This document shows, piece by piece, positions 1-8,454 of a stretch of 55,110 bases of DNA. Source of the DNA: Nitrospirota bacterium. GTDB lineage: Bacteria; Nitrospirota; Thermodesulfovibrionia; Thermodesulfovibrionales; JdFR-85. The stretch spans positions 1 to 55,110 of the forward strand of contig WGEZ01000110.1 in NCBI GenBank assembly GCA_015492515.1, given 5' to 3'. The translations under genes were made by a program, and so were the position numbers. How positions within the stretch are numbered: position 1 is the first letter of the stretch; each line of letters begins with the position of its first letter. The notes under the pieces were generated by a model. That model saw nothing but the letters and a program-made list of their open reading frames with translations. It made no database searches and had not been told where the DNA came from.

Positions 1-1649
1 CATCGGCCGGTACTCGGAGACGTGCTCGGCTCCCAGGTCTTGCGCGGAGCACGTTTTCTGGGAGTCGATGCAGGCAATAGCGTCTGGCCGCAGTACTGCA
101 AGCTTGCCCGCGTGCGTGAAGTTCATGTTCGCGGACACACGAAAACGAATCGCAAAATCTGCTGCAAAGGAGTTTAGAACGTTGTACAGTTCGTGCGCGC
201 CGGTGCTTAGCACCGCCCCCCAGCAGGAGTTGCCGAATGCTGACCGTTTGGGAAGTACCGCGGCGATGCAGGTGCGCTCATCGGTGTTGCGGGCGATGGC
301 GCGGAAGACGAGCTTCGGGCCGGGATCGGGCGGTCTGTCGTACCTGCGCTCAGCGGCCTCGAGGCTCACCCAGCGCTCGATGGGCTTGATGTCCACCAGG
401 AACTGCTCGATGTGCTTGCCTTCATACAACGGCCAGAAGCCCGCTTCGGCCATGCGGGCGCGGATCTCGGGCCAGGCGGCCGGGTCGTAGTAGGGCGGAT
501 CGGCGGTGGTGCCGGGCACGGGGCCCAGGATCTGGCGGGGGTTGTAGAGCTTGCCGGTTTTCGGATCGGTCCAGAGGTCCCGGTCGTTGGTCATATTAAA
601 CTCCGTATAAAACCGCGCGTTCCAGGTGCCGGGGCCCTGGTCGCCGAGGAGCGGCCGGGGGCTGACGGGGTTTCCGTCGGCGTCGTAGCCGTACATCTTG
701 AGCAGGATCTCGCGGTCGCGGGGGCTGCGGTACTCCAGGAAGGCGAGGGTTCCGGGCGACAGGCGCTTGAGTTCCTTGCGGCGGATGGTGACGAGCCAGG
801 GGGCAGGGAAGGACTTCACCCTTTCCCGGCCCGGCTCGCGGTGGCGAGCCGTGGCCTCAAGCTCCGAGAGCTCATGGCGCATGAAGGCGGCCACAAAGCC
901 GTCCGCCCCGGGCTGGCCTTTGCGGAAGACAAGGCTCACGAACTTGTAGCGGGAATCGATCGGGAAGATCTTCTTCCGGTTCTCGAAGGCGTAGAAGCGC
1001 TCCACCGTGGCGTGCTCGAGCAGCAGGTGCCGCAGGCCGGTGCAGCCCTGGCCGAGGGGACGACGAAGCCCACGCGGCCGCCCTCGCGGGTGAGCTGCCA
1101 GGCCCGCTCGACGAAGAACTTGAAGGCATCCGGGTCGCCGCCGGTGGTCTTGCCGTCCACCGCCCAGTCCTGGAAGCGGTAGTCGCCGCCCTTCTTGAGG
1201 CACGAGGCGAGAGTCTTGAGGCGCGCCTCGTAGGCCTCGAACGCTGCAGCGAGCCCCGGGCGCTCGCGCTGGAGTTCCTGGATGCGGCGGTCCAGCTCGC
1301 CGCCGACAAAGGCGCGGATGAGGATGTCGTAACGGCCGTAGAACTCCTTTCGGTCCGGCTTGATCTTGTCCCACGTCTCGCGTACCAGCGTCGCGCCCAG
1401 GATGCGGTGCGCGTTGACCCATGCCGCGAGGGATTCCATCTGCGCGAGATCGAACGCGTGCCTCTCGTTGGGAAGAAGCCGCGGCTCCTCCGGTGGCACG
1501 GCGACCTGAAGTGTCTCGGGCCGATCGCCGTCGAGGGCCTCGAGCGCGAGAAGCCGATGCGCGTTCCCGGTCTCGGAGACCTGGCGCACGATCCAGGGGC
1601 GGTCCCGAAGCAGGATCCGGTCGTTTGGATGGATCGGGATTGCAGTCAC
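1..1649 (-). pseudogene. Disrupted, apparently chimeric type IIG restriction-modification-like DNA methyltransferase gene. The 3' end runs off the left edge and there is a frameshift near 1053-1060.
   Basis: ORF 936..1649 reads ...GGDPDAFKFFVERAWQLTREGGRVGFVVPS and then turns to nonsense. Shifting one frame at the G-run 1056-1059 (a C-run on the coding strand) gives an open frame down to base 1: GQGCTGLRHLLLEHATVERFYAFENRKKIFPIDSRYKF...LYEGKHIEQF...KLVFRAIARNTDERTCIAAVLP. This matches the post-catalytic and TaqI_C-like target-recognition half of Eco57I/MmeI/PglX-type enzymes. No motif I or NPPY is seen upstream of it. Confidence 0.6.
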
Positions 1650-2006
1650 TCAAAACCCTCCCTCACTGTTTCCGAGTTTTCCGGAAGCGGCCCAGGCACG
1701 CAGCATGAACATGCGTCCGCCCTCCTAATTACATTTTGCAAAACCCACCGAACGGCGCGAGGTGTGTTCACGGATCATGTCTTGACTACCCGCCGATCTT
1801 CCCCATGACCTGATCCGGGAGTTCCTCCAGCCCCTTTAGGCAACAGGCCGGGGTGGTGCTCCCGCCGCGCCTCGTCGGAGGCGAACGTCTTGCCAGGGCT
1901 TCGGACAGGCCTTACACTTCCGGAACATCTCCGGCGGTGTCAAAGGCAACTCTTCCGGCTTGCGAAGAGAGGTCTCAGGGGTGGGTGAAGAAACGAGGTT
2001 CCGCCC

Positions 2007-2291
2007 CTACAGGAACTTCAGGCCTGCTATACGGTAGGAGGATTCCTTTATAACCCACTTGACCACCGCCCGCCGCTCCTCGGCCTGGTTGGTGAACCTC
2101 AGCACCTGGCCGACCTCTATGGGAAAGACGGTCTTGATGCACATGCCCCCGATGCTCCTGTCCACCACCTCCGCCTTCCCGCCGGTCTCCCTCAGCCTTC
2201 CCATCTCCACCATGGGAGCGACGAAGCAGACCTCTTCCGAGACCAAGTACCTCGGATATCTCCTCCTTATGACCCCCATCCCCCCCTGCAT
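2007..2291 (-). CDS. PilZ domain protein (small c-di-GMP receptor-like)
   Basis: The 94-aa product carries RRRYPR (RxxxR) and DRSIGGMCI (D/NxSxxG), the two PilZ signature motifs. The start could instead be the second Met at 2279, which follows a G-rich SD. Confidence 0.7.
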   Translation of the reverse strand: MQGGMGVIRRRYPRYLVSEEVCFVAPMVEMGRLRETGGKAEVVDRSIGGMCIKTVFPIEVGQVLRFTNQAEERRAVVKWVIKESSYRIAGLKFL

Positions 2292-2332
2292 AAAAAAATT
2301 CTACTGAGGGCCAAAATCAAAAGTCAAGGGGG

Positions 2333-2361
2333 TTGATTTCTGTCCTATACATATGTATAGT
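2333..2361 (+). promoter_or_regulatory. sigma70-type promoter of lexA: TTGATT-17 nt-TATAGT
   Basis: -35 TTGATT lies at 2333-2338 and -10 TATAGT at 2356-2361. Only 7 nt separate the -10 from the lexA ATG at 2369, and no SD is present. Confidence 0.5.
2345..2360. promoter_or_regulatory. Candidate LexA operator (SOS box): perfect 16-bp palindrome CTATACATATGTATAG
   Basis: The sequence equals its own reverse complement. It overlaps the spacer and the -10 of the lexA promoter, the classic position for autoregulation. Confidence 0.5.
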
Positions 2362-2368
2362 ATTATGT

Positions 2369-2968
2369 ATGGGGTTGACCCGGAAGCAGGCCGAGGTCCT
2401 CAGGTACCTGAAGGATTACATCCTCCGGCGGGGCTGCCCGCCGACCGTGAGGGAGGTGGCGGAGGCCTTCGGCTACAGGAGCCCCCTTGCGGCGAAGCTC
2501 CATATCGATGCACTGGTGAAGAAGGGTTATCTGAGGAAGACCCCGGCCAGGTCGCGGGGGCTCGAGGTGGTCGGGTTGAGGCCCTATGGCGCCGTTGCGA
2601 TCCCCGTGGTCGGGAGGATCCGTGCAGGTGAGCCGATACCGGCGGTGGAGGAGATCGAGGAGCATATATCCCTGGACAGGCGTATCTTCAGGACCGAGGG
2701 AGGCTTCGGCCTCAGGGTCGTGGGCGAGAGCATGAGGGGAGCGGGGATACTCGATGGAGACATCGTCATCGTCAACCCCGGGGTTGAACCGAGACCCGGA
2801 GAGATCGTCGTGGCCCTCGTCGGCGACGAGGCCACGGTGAAGAGGTTCTACAGGGAGGGCGGAAAGGTGAGGCTCCAGCCTGAAAACCCGGAGATGAGCC
2901 CCCTCCTGGTCGACCCCGGGGAGGTAAGGATCATAGGGAAGGTCGTAGGTCTCGTGAGGAGGCTGTAA
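2369..2968 (+). CDS. lexA: LexA repressor
   Basis: MGLTRKQAEVLRYLKDYILRRGCPPTVREVAEAFG forms the wHTH. An AG cleavage site lies in GRIRAGEP. The Ser (GESMRGAG) and Lys (VKRF) dyad is present. The TTG at 2333 used by the ORF track would add a hydrophobic extension atypical of LexA. Confidence 0.93.
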   Translation: MGLTRKQAEVLRYLKDYILRRGCPPTVREVAEAFGYRSPLAAKLHIDALVKKGYLRKTPARSRGLEVVGLRPYGAVAIPVVGRIRAGEPIPAVEEIEEHISLDRRIFRTEGGFGLRVVGESMRGAGILDGDIVIVNPGVEPRPGEIVVALVGDEATVKRFYREGGKVRLQPENPEMSPLLVDPGEVRIIGKVVGLVRRL

Positions 2969-2993
2969 CGTCCGGGATGAGGAGAGGTCGGTC

Positions 2994-3242
2994 ATGACGA
3001 TGGTGGACGAACCGGTGGCGGTCATCGCCTCCTTCGGCGGCAGGGGAGGGATGAGGCCCCTCAGGTTCAGATGGAACGGCAGGGTGATCCATGTGAAGGG
3101 CGTCACCTACAGGTGGGTCCGGCGGGAAGGCTCCAGGAGGCTTCACCTCTTCTCCGTCACCGACGGCGGCACCCTCTACAGCCTCTGCTTCGATCCCGCC
3201 GGGCTGAGCTGGAGGCTCGAGGCGGTGGAGACGGAGATATAG
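2994..3242 (+). CDS. Hypothetical 82-aa protein encoded between lexA and dinB
   Basis: SD GAGGAGAGG at 2979-2987 lies 6 nt before the ATG. The gaps to lexA (25 nt) and dinB (15 nt) are short and all three genes share a strand. I recognised no family. Confidence 0.55.
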   Translation: MTMVDEPVAVIASFGGRGGMRPLRFRWNGRVIHVKGVTYRWVRREGSRRLHLFSVTDGGTLYSLCFDPAGLSWRLEAVETEI

Positions 3243-3257
3243 AAGAACCCAGACGCC

Positions 3258-4463
3258 ATGAGGACGATGCTCCTTGTCGACATGGATGCCTTCTTCGCCT
3301 CCGTCGAGCAGCGGCGCAACCCCGCCCTGAGGGGCAGGCCGATCGGAGTGATCGGCTCGGACCACAGGACGGTGATCACCACCGCCTCCTACGAGGCGAG
3401 GCGGTACGGCGTGAAGACGGGGATGAACATCTACGAGGCGAAGAGGCTCTGCCCCGGCCTGGTGCTCGTCATCGGAGACAACGACCGCTACATCCACACA
3501 TCTGAAGCCCTGAAGGATCTCTACCTCAGATACACCCCGGAGGTGGAGATCTACTCCGTGGATGAGGCCTTCCTGGATATAACGGGCTCATGCCATCTCT
3601 TCGGCGGCCCCCTCGAGGTGGGCAGGAGGATCAAGGAGGAGGTAAAGGGGCTCTTCGGGATCAACGCAACGGTGGGCATAGGCCCCAACAGGGTTGTGGC
3701 CAAGCTCGCCGCCGAGCTCTCCAAACCCGACGGCCTCCGATGGATAAAGGCCGAAGAGGTGGAGGGGGTGCTTGCAGACCTCCCCACGGAGATGCTCTGG
3801 GGTGTGGGCAGAAGGGTCTCCGAGAGGCTGAGGGCGATCGGCATCACCAGGTGCGGTGAACTCGGCAGGGCGCCTGCAGGACTGCTGAGGGCCCGCTTCG
3901 GAATCGTCGGTGAGAGGCTCAAGGCCCTCGGCCAGGGCAGGGAGCCCGAGGCCCGCGACCGCTGCGGAGAGGGGGTGCGATCCATCGGACACAGCACCAC
4001 CTTCCCCCGTGACCTCTGCTCCCCCGCCGAGATGGAGGGCTGGATACTCCGGCTTTCCGAGATGGTGGGTTCAAGGGCCAGGAGGCACGGACTCGGGGGA
4101 AGGACCGTCTCCGTGGTGGTGAGATACCGGAGCTTCGAGACCTTCTCCAGGCGGAAGGGGATGGGCCAGGCCACAAACGACACCCACAGGATCTTCCACA
4201 CGGCCATGGATATACTGAACTCGGCGGGACTGAAGGAGCCCGTCCGGCTGCTCGGTGTGGTGATCAGCGGCATCGAGCCCGTGAGCGGCCAGGTGCCGAT
4301 CTTTGAGGAGCAGAGGAGGAGGGCCGCCCTGCTCGAGGCGGTGGACGGGGTGAACCGGCGCCACGGCCCCTTCACGCTCACATGGGCGCCCTGTCTGAAG
4401 CGCCTCCGGAAGGGGGTGATCGCACCGGCCTGGCGGCCTTCGGGTGTGCGGAGGAGCCTCTGA
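3258..4463 (+). CDS. dinB: DNA polymerase IV (Y-family)
   Basis: LLVDMDAFFASVEQRRNP, YEARRYGVKTGM and SVDEAFLDIT are Y-family polymerase motifs. The start could be the ATG at 3267, which follows GAGGA. Confidence 0.92.
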   Translation: MRTMLLVDMDAFFASVEQRRNPALRGRPIGVIGSDHRTVITTASYEARRYGVKTGMNIYEAKRLCPGLVLVIGDNDRYIHTSEALKDLYLRYTPEVEIYSVDEAFLDITGSCHLFGGPLEVGRRIKEEVKGLFGINATVGIGPNRVVAKLAAELSKPDGLRWIKAEEVEGVLADLPTEMLWGVGRRVSERLRAIGITRCGELGRAPAGLLRARFGIVGERLKALGQGREPEARDRCGEGVRSIGHSTTFPRDLCSPAEMEGWILRLSEMVGSRARRHGLGGRTVSVVVRYRSFETFSRRKGMGQATNDTHRIFHTAMDILNSAGLKEPVRLLGVVISGIEPVSGQVPIFEEQRRRAALLEAVDGVNRRHGPFTLTWAPCLKRLRKGVIAPAWRPSGVRRSL

Positions 4464-4513
4464 GGATCGGCGTCTCAAGGGACTTTTGCCCGGAAGATTT
4501 GTTAAATTATCTC

Positions 4514-5884
4514 ATGGCCGATATACTGATCGTCGATGACGAGCCCCTGCAGAGGAGCATCCTCAAGACGATCCTCACCGAGGAGGGGCACGAGGTCCAC
4601 GAGGCCGGCTCCGGCACAGAGGCCCTCAAGGTGATGCGGAAGTTTCCCCCCCAGGTGGTGCTGACCGACCTCAGGATGCCGGACATGGATGGACTGCAGC
4701 TTCTGGAGAGGATAAACTCCCTCCAGAAGCAGCCTCCCACGGTGCTGATAATGACCGCCTACGGTACGATATCCTCCGCTGTCGAGGCGATCAAGAAGGG
4801 GGCCTTCGACTACCTGACGAAACCCCTCGACAAGGACGCCCTCCTCCTGAAGGTGAGACAGGCCCTCGAGAGGAACGAGCTGCTGAGGCAGAACATGGAG
4901 CTCCAGGACGCGCTCTGCGAGAGGTTCCGCATAGAGGGCATCGTGGGCAGGTCGGAGAGGATGGTCCACCTCATCGAGACCCTCAGGAAGGTCTCTCCCA
5001 CCAATGCCACGGTGTTGATAGTCGGCGAGAGCGGCACCGGCAAGGAACTCGTGGCAAAGGCGATCCACTACAACAGCCCGAGAAGGGGGAGGTCCTTCAC
5101 GGCGATAAACTGCGCATCCATACCGGAGAACCTGCTGGAGAGCGAGCTCTTCGGCTTCGAGCCCGGCGCGTTCACGGGCGCCACGTCCAGGAAGAAGGGG
5201 CTCATCGAACTCACCGCCGGCGGCACCCTCTTCCTCGACGAGATAGGGGACATGCCCTTGAATCTCCAGGCGAAGCTCCTCAGGGTACTTCAGGACGGCG
5301 AGGTGAGGAGGCTCGGCGGGAGGGAGTCTTTCAGGGTGGACATGAGGGTCGTGGCCGCCACCCACCAGGAGATCGAGGAGCTCATAGGGAAGGGCCTCTT
5401 CAGGGAGGACCTCTACTACAGGCTGAAGGTGGTGACCATAAAGCTCCCGCCCCTCAGGGAGCGGAAGGAGGACATCCCCCTGCTGGCCGGGTATTTCCTG
5501 AAGAGATACAACGAGGAGTTCGGCAAGAGGATCAAGGGGATCGAGGAGAGGGCCCTTGAGGCCCTTCGCGATTACCACTGGCCCGGCAACATCAGACAGC
5601 TCCAGTCCGTCATAGAGAGGGCCGTGATAATGGCCGACTCCGACACGATCACCTACGACGACATCAGGGAGGAGCTGACCGGGATGGCGCCGAAGGGGGT
5701 CATGGAGATAGAGATCCCCAGTGAGGGGATCGTCTTCGAGGAGCTCGAGAAGGCGCTCATGAGGAAGGCGATGCGGATGTCGAACAACGTGGCGAAGAGG
5801 GCGGCGGAGCTCCTCGGCATGAGCTACAAGACCTTCTGGTACAGGTGGGAGAAGTTCGGCCTCGGCAAAGAGGGTGAAAAATAA
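4514..5884 (+). CDS. sigma54-dependent response regulator (NtrC/Fis family)
   Basis: Receiver domain (ILIVDDE...LTDLRMPDMDG), AAA+ domain (GESGTGKE, GAFTGA, ESELFG) and a C-terminal Fis-type HTH are present. I chose the ATG at 4514 because it is the Met that opens the receiver domain. Confidence 0.9.
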   Translation: MADILIVDDEPLQRSILKTILTEEGHEVHEAGSGTEALKVMRKFPPQVVLTDLRMPDMDGLQLLERINSLQKQPPTVLIMTAYGTISSAVEAIKKGAFDYLTKPLDKDALLLKVRQALERNELLRQNMELQDALCERFRIEGIVGRSERMVHLIETLRKVSPTNATVLIVGESGTGKELVAKAIHYNSPRRGRSFTAINCASIPENLLESELFGFEPGAFTGATSRKKGLIELTAGGTLFLDEIGDMPLNLQAKLLRVLQDGEVRRLGGRESFRVDMRVVAATHQEIEELIGKGLFREDLYYRLKVVTIKLPPLRERKEDIPLLAGYFLKRYNEEFGKRIKGIEERALEALRDYHWPGNIRQLQSVIERAVIMADSDTITYDDIREELTGMAPKGVMEIEIPSEGIVFEELEKALMRKAMRMSNNVAKRAAELLGMSYKTFWYRWEKFGLGKEGEK

Positions 5885-5993
5885 CACCTTTCTGCTATAA
5901 TACCCCATTCCGCAGTGCCGGCTGTACCTCAGGGGTCGCCTTTTAACTCCCGGGGCGGAACGCTCAAAACTCAAATCAAACTCAGGAGGTGCA

Positions 5994-7166
5994 ATGTCTA
6001 CAGGAATCGAACTTGCCGACAGGGTGAAGAACCTTCCACCTTACCTCTTTGCAAGGATCGACCAGATGAAGGCCGAGGCCCTCAGGCGGGGTGCAGACCT
6101 GATCGACATGAGCATCGGAGACCCCGACATGCCCACCCCGGCCCACATCGTGGAGGCGATGAAGAGGGCCGTGGAGAAGCCCGAACATCACCGCTACCCA
6201 TCCTACGCCGGGATGTACTCCTTCCGCGAGGCCGTTGCAAGGTGGTACGAGAGACGGTTCAGCGTGAAGCTCGACCCTGAGAGCGAGGTCCTCTCACTCA
6301 TCGGCTCTAAGGAGGGCATAGGACATATCCCCCTCGCCTTCGTCAACCCGGGGGACGTCGTGCTCTGCCCCTCGCCCGCATACCCCGTCTACTCCATAGC
6401 CACCCTCTTCGCCGGTGGCGAGCCCCACTACATGCCCCTGACCGAGGACAGGGGCTTCCTGCCCGATCTCACCACCCTGCCCGAGGAGGTGCTGGGACGG
6501 GCGAAGATGATCTTCCTCAACTACCCGAACAACCCAACGAGCGTCTCGGCGGGTGAGGACTTCTTCAGGGAGGTGATCGACATGGCCCGCAGGCATGGGA
6601 TCATCGTCTGCCATGACGCGGCCTACTCCGAGATCTACTTCGACGGCAAGAGGCCCCTCAGCTTCCTCCAGGTGGAGGGCGCCATGGACGTGGGCGTCGA
6701 GTTCCATTCCCTCTCGAAGACCTACAACATGACGGGCTGGCGGATCGGCTTCGCCGTGGGCAACAGGGAGGTGATCCACGGGCTGGGCAGGATAAAGACC
6801 AACATCGACTCCGGTGTCTTCCAGGCGATACAGGAGGCCTCCATAACCGCCCTCGACACCGACGACGGCCTGCTCTCCGGAATGAGGGCGACCTACCAGG
6901 CCAGAAGGGACATACTCTACGAGGGGCTCAGGGGGTTGGGGATGGAGGTCGTCAAGCCCGAGGCCACCTTCTACCTCTGGGCGAAGGTGCCCGGAGGGTT
7001 CACCTCCGAGGGGTTCGCAGTACACCTCCTTGAGAAGGCGGGCGTGCTCGGCACCCCCGGTAACGGCTTCGGCGATCCCGGAGAGGGCTACATCAGGTTC
7101 GCCCTCACCGTGCCGGAGGAGAGGCTCAGGGAGGCGGTGGAGAGGATCGGGGAGGCCGTCCGTTGA
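5994..7166 (+). CDS. dapL: Class I aminotransferase resembling the short form of LL-diaminopimelate aminotransferase
   Basis: VKNLPPYLFARID, NYPNNPT and the PLP-lysine motif SLSKTYNMTGWRIGF are present. SD AGGAGG precedes the ATG. Substrate specificity is inferred only. Confidence 0.7.
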   Translation: MSTGIELADRVKNLPPYLFARIDQMKAEALRRGADLIDMSIGDPDMPTPAHIVEAMKRAVEKPEHHRYPSYAGMYSFREAVARWYERRFSVKLDPESEVLSLIGSKEGIGHIPLAFVNPGDVVLCPSPAYPVYSIATLFAGGEPHYMPLTEDRGFLPDLTTLPEEVLGRAKMIFLNYPNNPTSVSAGEDFFREVIDMARRHGIIVCHDAAYSEIYFDGKRPLSFLQVEGAMDVGVEFHSLSKTYNMTGWRIGFAVGNREVIHGLGRIKTNIDSGVFQAIQEASITALDTDDGLLSGMRATYQARRDILYEGLRGLGMEVVKPEATFYLWAKVPGGFTSEGFAVHLLEKAGVLGTPGNGFGDPGEGYIRFALTVPEERLREAVERIGEAVR

Positions 7167-7182
7167 TCCCTCCCCTGCGGTG

Positions 7183-7644
7183 ATGGCCACCATCTATATC
7201 GGTATAGGCTCCAACGTAGGGGACCGCAAGGCCAACTGCCTCAAGGCGGTGGAGGAGCTCGACTCCAGGGGGGTGAGGGTCACCAGGAGGTCCGGTCTCT
7301 ATGAGACAGAGCCCTGGGGGGTGAAGGACCAGCCGGGGTTTCTGAACATGGTGGTGGAGGCCGAGACCGACCTGACGCCGGAGGGGCTACTGGCGGTGAT
7401 GAAGGCCATAGAGGGGGCACTCGGCAGGAGAAGGACCAGCCGGTGGGGCCCCAGGGAGATCGACCTCGACATCCTACTCTACGATGAGCGGATCGTTGAT
7501 GAGCCTCACCTGAAGATCCCCCACCCCCACATGCATGAGAGGGGCTTTGTCCTCGAGCCGCTCTCGGAGATCGCCCCTGAGCTGATGCATCCCCTGTTGA
7601 AGAAGAGGGTGAGGGAGCTGCTCTCAAGGATCAGGCACGGCTGA
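7183..7644 (+). CDS. folK: 2-amino-4-hydroxy-6-hydroxymethyldihydropteridine diphosphokinase
   Basis: IYIGIGSNVGDR, YETEPWG, IDLDILLY and PHPHMHERGFVL are present. The start is set at the ATG at 7183, not the long ORF-track extension. Confidence 0.9.
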   Translation: MATIYIGIGSNVGDRKANCLKAVEELDSRGVRVTRRSGLYETEPWGVKDQPGFLNMVVEAETDLTPEGLLAVMKAIEGALGRRRTSRWGPREIDLDILLYDERIVDEPHLKIPHPHMHERGFVLEPLSEIAPELMHPLLKKRVRELLSRIRHG

Positions 7645-7646
7645 GC

Positions 7647-8270
7647 TCAACCCCTCCTCGCGAACTCTCCAAACCCCTTCAGCACCTTGAGGCCGAGGTG
7701 CTGGCTCTTTTCGGGATGAAACTGTGTGGCCACTATATTCTCCTTCCAGACGAGGGAGGTGAACTCCACCCCGTACTCGGTGGTGCCTGAGATCACCCCC
7801 TCCTCGGCGGGATCGACATAGTAGGAATGTACGAAGTAGAAGTAGCTGCCGTCCTCTATGCCCTCGAACACGGGCGGCCTCTTCCTGAACCTGACCGTGT
7901 TCCAGCCCATGTGGGGTATCTTCAGCTCAGACCTGGGGAACCTCACGACCCTCCCCTTGATCACATCGAGCCCCCTGCTGTGGCCGAACTCCTCGGACTC
8001 GCTGAAGAGTATCTGGAGGCCGAGGCAGATACCGAGGTAGGGCTTTCCGGACCGGATCGCCCTCAGGAGCGGTTCGATCAGCCCGAGGCCCTCGAGGTTC
8101 CTCATACAGTCACGGAACGCCCCCACACCGGGAAGTACGACCGCCGGAGCGTCCTCCACGTCGGAGGCACTTGAGGTCACCCTCGCATCGACCCCGACCT
8201 TGAGAAACCCCTTCTCCACGCTCCGGAGGTTGCCCATCCCGTAGTCAACGATGGCTATCGGCCCTCTCAC
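7647..8270 (-). CDS. hisH: Imidazole glycerol phosphate synthase, glutamine amidotransferase subunit
   Basis: IVDYGMGNLRSV, GICLGLQIL (catalytic Cys) and QFHPEKS are present. No other his genes are adjacent. Confidence 0.85.
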   Translation of the reverse strand: MRGPIAIVDYGMGNLRSVEKGFLKVGVDARVTSSASDVEDAPAVVLPGVGAFRDCMRNLEGLGLIEPLLRAIRSGKPYLGICLGLQILFSESEEFGHSRGLDVIKGRVVRFPRSELKIPHMGWNTVRFRKRPPVFEGIEDGSYFYFVHSYYVDPAEEGVISGTTEYGVEFTSLVWKENIVATQFHPEKSQHLGLKVLKGFGEFARRG

Positions 8271-8454
8271 CTCTCCCCCCTGATGTTGTGGACCCCTTCA
8301 AAGGGCACAGAGACCCTGAAGAGACCTTCCTCGCCCCTTGACCCTGCAGAGAACCTCCGCGTGCATGCTGAGCGGGGCGTCCTATTATGACACAACCGTT
8401 GAAGGAGGCTCAACTGCGGCGGCATCCGGCCCCTTTTGGGGTATAATCAAGAGG

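Noticed and set aside
412-1182. 256-aa plus-strand ORF at the left edge
   Set aside because: It is antisense to the methyltransferase-like reading frames, which carry recognisable motifs. Its own product is a featureless G/A/R/P-rich sequence.
2353-2631. 92-aa ORF starting at ATG 2353/2365, overlapping lexA out of frame
   Set aside because: The LexA frame is strongly supported. The alternative product is G/P/E-rich with no features.
4502-5974. 490-aa ORF antisense to the NtrC-type regulator. Similar long antisense ORFs lie at 17228-18535, 23384-24379, 34780-36696, 39767-41131 and 49065-50183.
   Set aside because: Their products are low-complexity and rich in R, P, G, E and H, with no motifs. 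They lie opposite genes with clear family signatures. Long antisense ORFs are expected in GC-rich DNA with AGG/GAG-biased codons, and the 34780-36696 ORF even runs across an intergenic region.
7194-7207. CTATA-tcgg-TATAG dyad resembling the lexA palindrome
   Set aside because: It lies inside the folK coding sequence (codons IYIGIG). Its arms are shorter and its geometry differs from the 16-bp lexA palindrome.
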